Positions 58,491 through 64,000 of a DNA stretch of 64,000 bases are shown one piece after another. The notes under the pieces are model-generated. The model saw only the letters and a list, made by a program, of their open reading frames with translations. It had not been told where the DNA came from and searched no databases. Within the stretch, counting starts at the first letter, position 1. The number at the start of each line of letters is the position of its first letter. The stretch is from NCBI GenBank assembly GCA_036497285.1, contig DASXJR010000062.1, positions 281 to 64,280 of the forward strand, in the 5' to 3' direction. This DNA comes from Jatrophihabitans sp. Lineage in GTDB: Bacteria; Actinomycetota; Actinomycetes; Mycobacteriales; Jatrophihabitantaceae. The position numbers and the translations under genes are program-made.

Positions 58491-61400
58491 TCATCGCAGA
58501 TCTGCTTCCGCCTGGACGGGGAATTTCTCGCGCAGGGAGCCGGCCGCGACCAGCGCGCCGAGCAGCACACCGGCGCCGACTCCGACGGCGAGCGCCAGCG
58601 GCGTCCACACCGATCCGAGCGTCACGGCCAGCGGCGGCGTCGGCGTGGTGCCGGACGCGTCGACCGCCACCAGCGTTGCCCCGGCACGGGCGACCAACAG
58701 CCCGGCGAGCACGCCGAGCGGAATCCCGACCACGGCGACGGCGAGCATGCGGATCGCGAGCATGCGCCGCAGCGTGCTCGGCCGCGTCCCGTCCGCTTCG
58801 AGGGCATACAGCTCGCCGGCGCCGTCACGGCGCTCACCGATCACCAGCAGCACGAGCGCGACCGCGGCGACGGCAAGGGCGAGCAGGGCGACGATCACCA
58901 GCAGATTGCGCGCACCTTGTCCGATCGGGTCGGCGTCGAGATCCTGCTGCACGACGTCGCGTCGCTGGATGGACAGATGGGCGAACCCGGCAGTCGCCAA
59001 CGTGCGGTTCAGCGCCGCCGATGGTGCGCTCACCCAGTACTCGGACGGGTTGCTGCCGGGCTCGCGCAGGTTGAGCGCGGCGGTGTAGGTGGCGAGATCG
59101 GCGACGATGACCGGCCCGGTGACGGTCGGGAACCGCGGCAGCACCGCGACGATGCGGGCGTTGATGCTGGTCGTGGCATCGATGGCCAGTTGCAGCACGC
59201 CGTCGTGCGCGTTGCGCGCCGTGGTCGGATCGACCGCGACCGGCAGCTGCAGAGCCGACGCCGCGGCGAAATCGGGCGCCGCGATCACCGGCGTCCCGAT
59301 GATCTTGTAGCTCAACGCGAATGCATCCGCCGTCGCGGACACCGTCCCGTGGAGCGACCCCCAGCCCGCCCACGTCCAGTTCACCGGCCGGCCGTCGGCG
59401 CGGACCGCACCGAGGTGCAGCGTGCCCGCCAGCGCCGGTTGATCGGTGTTGCCCTCGCCCGTCGAGTGCGCCCGGTGGGTGGCGTAGTCGAAGCTCTCGT
59501 CGACGCCGACGGCGACCACGGTGCGCGCGTTCGGCGGGACGTCGGCGAGGAGCTGATCAGCTCGGTGCTTCAGCGTGATCGTCACCTGCCCGTCGCCGGT
59601 ACCGAGCCACAGCCGCACGGTGCTGTTCGGGTCGTAGCCGCGTTCGGTGAAGGCGAGCCGGGTCGTGCCGAGCGGCAGCCGGAGCGCCGGCGGTGCGCGC
59701 ACCCGCAGCTTCGTGGCGAGATCCGCGGCGGACACGGACGATCCCGTGGTGCGCCCCCAGTCGTGCATGCGCGGGAGCGCGGTCGAGTCCAGGCTGACGA
59801 TCGGGGTGCTCTCGACGACGCCGGCGATGCGGGTGATCCCGGCGGACGTCCGGCGCACCGGGTACACCTGCCCGTCCGGTCCGAACGCGGTGTCGGACAG
59901 GGACGGGACGAGTTGGGTGTCGCTGCCGCCTATGATCGCGTCGAGCGGCACCTGGTAGGCCGCCTGGTCGGCATTGTTCGCCAGCAAGGTGGCTCGGTAG
60001 GCACCGGCGAACACGACCGAGGCGACCGCGGCGGTCAGGAACGCGACCGTGGCCACGGCGCGCAGCGGACGGCGGATCGAGCCCAGCAGTCCCATCCGTG
60101 CGGCGATCGACCGCTTGGGCAAGCCGCGTTCGGCCAGCCGTGCGAGCGGACCCCACAGTCGGGCCGCGACGAGGCCGGCCACGACGGAGGCCAGCACCGG
60201 CAGCGCGACGACCAGCGGATCGCCGGCCGGCGATCCGGACGACGCGGATCCGCGGTCGGTTGCCAGCACCGCGGCGCCGAAACAGGCGATGGCAAGCAAG
60301 TCGACCAGGCGCCACACCGCGCGCGATTGCGTGTCGGGCCAGAGCAGTACGGCGACGGCGACCACGGCCGCCGCAAGCGTGAGCAGTGCCCCGGCCGGCG
60401 CCGCGTGCACCACCGCGTCGAACGCGGCGGCGACGACGGTCCTGCCGGTTTCGTGGGTCTGCGTGGCGGCGACGATGCCGCCGACGACCGCGCCCGCGAC
60501 CACCGCCACGACCGTACTGACCACGACCTCGAGCACGGTGACGGCGACGACCTGGCCGGTGACCGCGCCCCGGCGGATCAGCACGGCGTTGAGCAGTTGC
60601 CCCTCGCGCCGCAGCCCGATCGCAGCCACCGCGGCGAAGCCGAGCAGCAGCACGGCGGCGAAACCGCCGAGCAGTCCGAACCGTCCGGTCGAGGTGTCAG
60701 CCCGTTGCTGGGCGGCGAGCAGGCCGGCGTCCGGGCGGGTGAAGGTGGTGCCGCCGACCTCGGCCGAGATGGCGGCGTCCACCTCGGCGCTGCGTGCGAC
60801 GTATCCGGCGGTGCCGAGCGAGACGACCCGGTCGACGTCGATCGGTGCGACCCACGAGTAGTGCCGGCCGAACAGGTCGAGCGCCTTCAGGTGCGATATG
60901 GCGTCGACGTCGGCTCCGAGCAGCACCGGCAGCGGACCGGGGTCGAAGGCGCCCGAGACGAGCACGGGGTTGGTGCGCTCGACCTGGCCGACGACATCGA
61001 TACCGAGTTGGCCGACGCCGTTGCGCAGCCGGGCGGAGTCCTGCCCGTCCACCACGACGACCTCGCAGTGGGTCGGGGTGCAGACCCGGGGCAGCCGACC
61101 GCTGACGAGCCGGACCGACGAGCCGAGGTGATCGGCCGCGCCGAGGAAGAACGACGCCCCGGACACCGTGAGCTCCCGGAACAGCAGTTCGCGCACGACC
61201 GGACTCGCGGTCAGCCGAGCGAGCTGCGTGCGGACGTCACGGTCGTTCTGGTCGGGGCTGCCGTGGCGCAGCGATGAGCTGCCGTCGAGGTTGACCAGCA
61301 GCGTGCTGTCGGCCAGGTCGAACTTGCTGATCGTGCGGCGGATCGTCTGGGCGCTGGCCGTCGCAGTCATCGCCGACGTGATGACCGGGACCGCGACGAC

Positions 61401-61493
61401 GAGGGCGATCCCGGCTGCAAGCAACGCCCAGCGCCCGCGCTGGTGCCGCAGCTGCGCCCAAGCGAGTGACCAGACGATTCGCACCCGACTCAC
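58491..61493 (-). CDS. Large (1000-aa) FtsX-family ABC permease with two FtsX modules and two large extracytoplasmic domains
   Basis: TM1, about 230-aa loop, 3 TM, 2-3 TM, about 370-aa loop, 3 TM. GTG start at 61493 (a second GTG 3 codons downstream is possible). Confidence 0.75.
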   Translation of the reverse strand: MSRVRIVWSLAWAQLRHQRGRWALLAAGIALVVAVPVITSAMTATASAQTIRRTISKFDLADSTLLVNLDGSSSLRHGSPDQNDRDVRTQLARLTASPVVRELLFRELTVSGASFFLGAADHLGSSVRLVSGRLPRVCTPTHCEVVVVDGQDSARLRNGVGQLGIDVVGQVERTNPVLVSGAFDPGPLPVLLGADVDAISHLKALDLFGRHYSWVAPIDVDRVVSLGTAGYVARSAEVDAAISAEVGGTTFTRPDAGLLAAQQRADTSTGRFGLLGGFAAVLLLGFAAVAAIGLRREGQLLNAVLIRRGAVTGQVVAVTVLEVVVSTVVAVVAGAVVGGIVAATQTHETGRTVVAAAFDAVVHAAPAGALLTLAAAVVAVAVLLWPDTQSRAVWRLVDLLAIACFGAAVLATDRGSASSGSPAGDPLVVALPVLASVVAGLVAARLWGPLARLAERGLPKRSIAARMGLLGSIRRPLRAVATVAFLTAAVASVVFAGAYRATLLANNADQAAYQVPLDAIIGGSDTQLVPSLSDTAFGPDGQVYPVRRTSAGITRIAGVVESTPIVSLDSTALPRMHDWGRTTGSSVSAADLATKLRVRAPPALRLPLGTTRLAFTERGYDPNSTVRLWLGTGDGQVTITLKHRADQLLADVPPNARTVVAVGVDESFDYATHRAHSTGEGNTDQPALAGTLHLGAVRADGRPVNWTWAGWGSLHGTVSATADAFALSYKIIGTPVIAAPDFAAASALQLPVAVDPTTARNAHDGVLQLAIDATTSINARIVAVLPRFPTVTGPVIVADLATYTAALNLREPGSNPSEYWVSAPSAALNRTLATAGFAHLSIQRRDVVQQDLDADPIGQGARNLLVIVALLALAVAAVALVLLVIGERRDGAGELYALEADGTRPSTLRRMLAIRMLAVAVVGIPLGVLAGLLVARAGATLVAVDASGTTPTPPLAVTLGSVWTPLALAVGVGAGVLLGALVAAGSLREKFPVQAEADLR

Positions 61494-61521
61494 TAACCAT
61501 TGGCCGTCATTTAGTGGTTAG
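61493..61521. promoter_or_regulatory. Inverted repeat CTAACCA-N15-TGGTTAG in the permease/CGNR divergent intergenic region (candidate operator)
   Basis: Read directly. The left arm abuts the permease start codon. The right arm is 24 nt upstream of the CGNR gene ATG. Confidence 0.3.
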
Positions 61522-61544
61522 CATGCTCCCATGCGGGGGTCGCG

Positions 61545-62129
61545 ATGACCAGGCACTTCGTCGAGGGTCGACCGATGCCCGACCATGTCGCCGGACACCG
61601 CGCGCTCGAGTTCTGCAACACCAAGGCACTGTGGGGACGGGCGGACGAGAACGAGTACCTCACCGACCACACCGCGGCGGTCATCTGGGCCCGTGAGCAC
61701 GAGTTGGTCACGCCCGCAGAGGCGGCGACACTGCGCACGGTCGACCGGCCGCGCGGACGCGCCGCCCTGGGGCAGCTGCGGGCGCTGCGCAAAGCGCTCT
61801 ACTACGCGGCGATCGCTGATGGGCCGCTCGAGCCCGTCCATGACTTTGTGGCACGCGCGGTCGCTCGGGCGGAATACCACCGCGACGGCGCGACGCAGCG
61901 GCTGCAGGCCCCGATGTCGCCGACCGTGCTCGTCGATCGCGTGGCGCTCGACGTGCACCATCTGCTCGAGGACTACGGCACCGCCGCGGTCGGGCTGTGC
62001 GCGAGCGAGGCGTGTGGCTGGGTGTTCCTCGACCCGTCGCACCGTCGCCGGTGGTGCTCGATGGCCATCTGTGGCAACCGCGCCAAAGCGGCGCGGTTCC
62101 GCCGTCGCCAGTCGCCCGATGCCGACTGA
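61545..62129 (+). CDS. CGNR zinc-finger (ABATE domain) putative regulator
   Basis: 194 aa. C-terminal CASEACGWVFLDPSHRRRWCSMAICGNRAKAARFRRR is the CGNR zinc-finger signature. Confidence 0.8.
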   Translation: MTRHFVEGRPMPDHVAGHRALEFCNTKALWGRADENEYLTDHTAAVIWAREHELVTPAEAATLRTVDRPRGRAALGQLRALRKALYYAAIADGPLEPVHDFVARAVARAEYHRDGATQRLQAPMSPTVLVDRVALDVHHLLEDYGTAAVGLCASEACGWVFLDPSHRRRWCSMAICGNRAKAARFRRRQSPDAD

Positions 62130-62154
62130 CGCCCCAGCCCCAACCGTCCAGAAC

Positions 62155-62223
62155 GACAGTGGTCAGTTTCGTCAGTCAGTGGTTAGTTGCAACTGACCAC
62201 TGTGGCCGGAACTGACCACTGTC
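62155..62223. repeat. Family A nested-palindrome element, copy A3
   Basis: GACAGTGGTCAGTT - TCAGTGGTTAGTTG|CAACTGACCACTGTG - GAACTGACCACTGTC. Between the convergent stops of the CGNR gene and hspR. Confidence 0.9.
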
Positions 62224-62234
62224 GGCGGAGTGGC

Positions 62235-62609
62235 TCAGCGCTTTGGTTTCCAGACCACCAGGGCCGCCGTGGTCGGGTTGCGCGCCGCCAGTTCGGAGCG
62301 GGAGTGGTCGAGTTCGGCACCCAGTTCGGCCACGCGCTGGCGCAGCACGTCGATTAGCGCCTCGAGCTCGATGATCCGCTTCACCCCGGCGAGATTGACG
62401 CCGTCCTCCTGGGACAGCCGCTGCACCTCCCTCAGCAGCGCGACGTCGCGGGCCGAGTAGCGCCGCCCGCCGCCGCCGGTGCGTCCCGGCGTGACCAGGC
62501 CGAGCCGGTCGTACTGGCGCAGCGTCTGGGCGTGCATGCCCGCCAACTGCGCGGCCACCGAGATGACGAACACCGGGGCGTCCTCGGGGACGTCCTCACG
62601 CCTGGGCAT
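62235..62609 (-). CDS. hspR: Heat-shock repressor HspR (MerR family)
   Basis: 124 aa from [39 protein letters not shown]. 14-nt overlap with the dnaJ stop. Confidence 0.9.
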   Translation of the reverse strand: MPRREDVPEDAPVFVISVAAQLAGMHAQTLRQYDRLGLVTPGRTGGGGRRYSARDVALLREVQRLSQEDGVNLAGVKRIIELEALIDVLRQRVAELGAELDHSRSELAARNPTTAALVVWKPKR

Positions 62610-63798
62610 GCTGGGCTCCCCGGGCCAGCGCCGCGGTGATCTGCGGACGGGGGTCGCCCACCTGGGCCGAGGCGTACTTCTCGAGCGCGTCGCGGGCCTC
62701 GTCGGTGAGAGCGTGCGGCACATCGACCTCGACGGTCACGAGCAGATCGCCCGTGCGCGACTTCGTGGCCACTCCGCGCTTGCGCACCCGCAACGTTCGT
62801 CCGGACGGAGTCCCCGGCGCCACCTTCAGCGACACCGCGCCCTCGAGCGTCGGCACGCGCAGGGTCGTGCCGAGCGTCGCCTCGGCGAATGAGATCGGCA
62901 CCGTCAGGGTCAGGTCGTCACCGTTGCGGCCGAACAGCGCGTGCGGGCGCACCCGCACCGTCACGAACAGGTCGCCGGCCGGCCCGCCGCGGATGCCGGG
63001 CGATCCCTTGCCCGCGATCCGCAACTTGGCGCCGTCCTTGACGCCCGCAGGCACCCGCACTGTGATGGTGCGGGTCTGCACGGTCTGTCCGCTGCCGTGG
63101 CACTCCGGGCAGGGGTCCTCGACGACCTGGCCGGTGCCGCGGCACTCGCGACAGGGCTCGCTGAACCCGAAACCGCCCTGGTTCACTATGGTCATTCCGC
63201 TGCCGCCGCAGTTCGGGCAGGTGTGCAGGCCCGTGCCGGGACGGGCGCCGCTGCCGTGGCAGGTATGACAGGTCCCCGCGCTGGACAGGTGCAACGGCAG
63301 GGTCGCGCCGCGGACGGCTTCCTCGAATTCGAGGGTCACCTCCGCGGACGCATCCTGACCCTTGACCGGGCCGGCCGCGGACGACCGGCGGCTGCCGGCT
63401 CCGCCCGGCGCACCGCCGCCGAACAGGTCGGAGAACAGATCCCCGAGCCCGCCGCCCCCGCTGCGCGCGCCGAACAGGTCGGACATGTCGAAGCGGGTCG
63501 CACCACCGTTGGCGTCCGAGCCGGCGTACGCGCCGCCGGGACGGAAACCGCCGAAGCCGCTGCCGAACAGCGAGCGGGCCTCGTCGTACTCCTGGCGCTT
63601 GGTGCTGTCGGACAGCACGTCATAGGCCTCGGACACTTCCTTGAATCGTGCCTCGGCCTCGGCGTTGCCCGGGTTCTTGTCCGGGTGCAGGTCGCGGGCC
63701 AGCTTGCGGTAGGCCCGCTTGATGGTGGCCTGGTCCGCATCCTTGGCGACGCCGAGCGCCGCGTAATAGTCCTTCTCCACGTAGTCCTTAGCACTCAT
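62596..63798 (-). CDS. dnaJ: Chaperone DnaJ
   Basis: 400 aa. J-domain ([13 protein letters not shown]), G/F region, four CxxCxGxG zinc motifs. Confidence 0.95.
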   Translation of the reverse strand: MSAKDYVEKDYYAALGVAKDADQATIKRAYRKLARDLHPDKNPGNAEAEARFKEVSEAYDVLSDSTKRQEYDEARSLFGSGFGGFRPGGAYAGSDANGGATRFDMSDLFGARSGGGGLGDLFSDLFGGGAPGGAGSRRSSAAGPVKGQDASAEVTLEFEEAVRGATLPLHLSSAGTCHTCHGSGARPGTGLHTCPNCGGSGMTIVNQGGFGFSEPCRECRGTGQVVEDPCPECHGSGQTVQTRTITVRVPAGVKDGAKLRIAGKGSPGIRGGPAGDLFVTVRVRPHALFGRNGDDLTLTVPISFAEATLGTTLRVPTLEGAVSLKVAPGTPSGRTLRVRKRGVATKSRTGDLLVTVEVDVPHALTDEARDALEKYASAQVGDPRPQITAALARGAQHAQA

Positions 63799-63813
63799 GA
63801 CGTCACCCCCTCG

Positions 63814-64000
63814 TTACTCGTCGTGCGCTTCGGGTTCGGTTGGCTCAACCGGATCCGGTGTGGCCGGGTCGGAGACCCCGACCATGGCCGGACGCAGCAG
63901 GCGATCGTTGTGCTTGTACCCGGGCCGCATCACGGTCGTGCAGGTCGGTTCGCTGACGTCGGCGCTCTCGTCGTGCATGACCGCGTCGTGGATCGTCGGG
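63814..64000 (-). CDS. grpE: GrpE nucleotide-exchange factor, C-terminal part (truncated by window edge)
   Basis: Minus-strand frame reads ...PTIHDAVMHDESADVSEPTCTTVMRPGYKHNDRLLRPAMVGVSDP...EAHDE*, the typical GrpE C-terminal beta-domain. Directly upstream of dnaJ. Confidence 0.8.
   Translation of the reverse strand, partial: PTIHDAVMHDESADVSEPTCTTVMRPGYKHNDRLLRPAMVGVSDPATPDPVEPTEPEAHDE

Overview
High-GC (roughly 70%) actinobacterial chromosomal segment, densely packed with conserved housekeeping genes. No rRNA, CRISPR array, transposase or integrase was seen. Gene order (mostly minus strand): pstSCAB-phoU, a choD-like GMC oxidoreductase, HMG-CoA lyase, a membrane desaturase, two methionine aminopeptidases, tRNA-Arg(ACG) and tRNA-Ser(GCU), an MprF-like synthase, a TetR/MFS pair, sdaA, ohr, purB, purD, purA, fba, a FliA/WhiG sigma factor, RNase J, pyrE, clpB, a FtsX/ABC pair, and the 3' end of the dnaK operon (grpE-dnaJ-hspR). 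The strongest unexplained signal is non-coding: nine copies of three sequence-unrelated families of palindromic intergenic elements. Two families are built as four copies of one motif arranged > > < <, and every copy lies within about 45 nt of a stop codon. Other points worth a second look: (1) an in-frame PhoU(N)-PstB(C) chimeric ORF inside the pst operon; (2) a DUF559/Vsr-like gene broken by a perfect 43-bp tandem duplication and bracketed by family-B repeats; (3) a flagellar remnant (flgN plus a 94-aa FlgL C-terminal stub) next to the FliA/WhiG sigma gene; (4) a tightly packed six-gene block that interleaves purD and purB with four exported proteins of unknown function, at least two of them PQQ-like beta-propellers; (5) a truncated trmO followed by a GH6 hydrolase and a P-loop kinase abutting two tRNA genes; (6) an HspR-type inverted repeat upstream of clpB and PHO-box-like direct repeats upstream of pstS. 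All protein calls rest on reading motifs by eye in the supplied translations. No database search was run.
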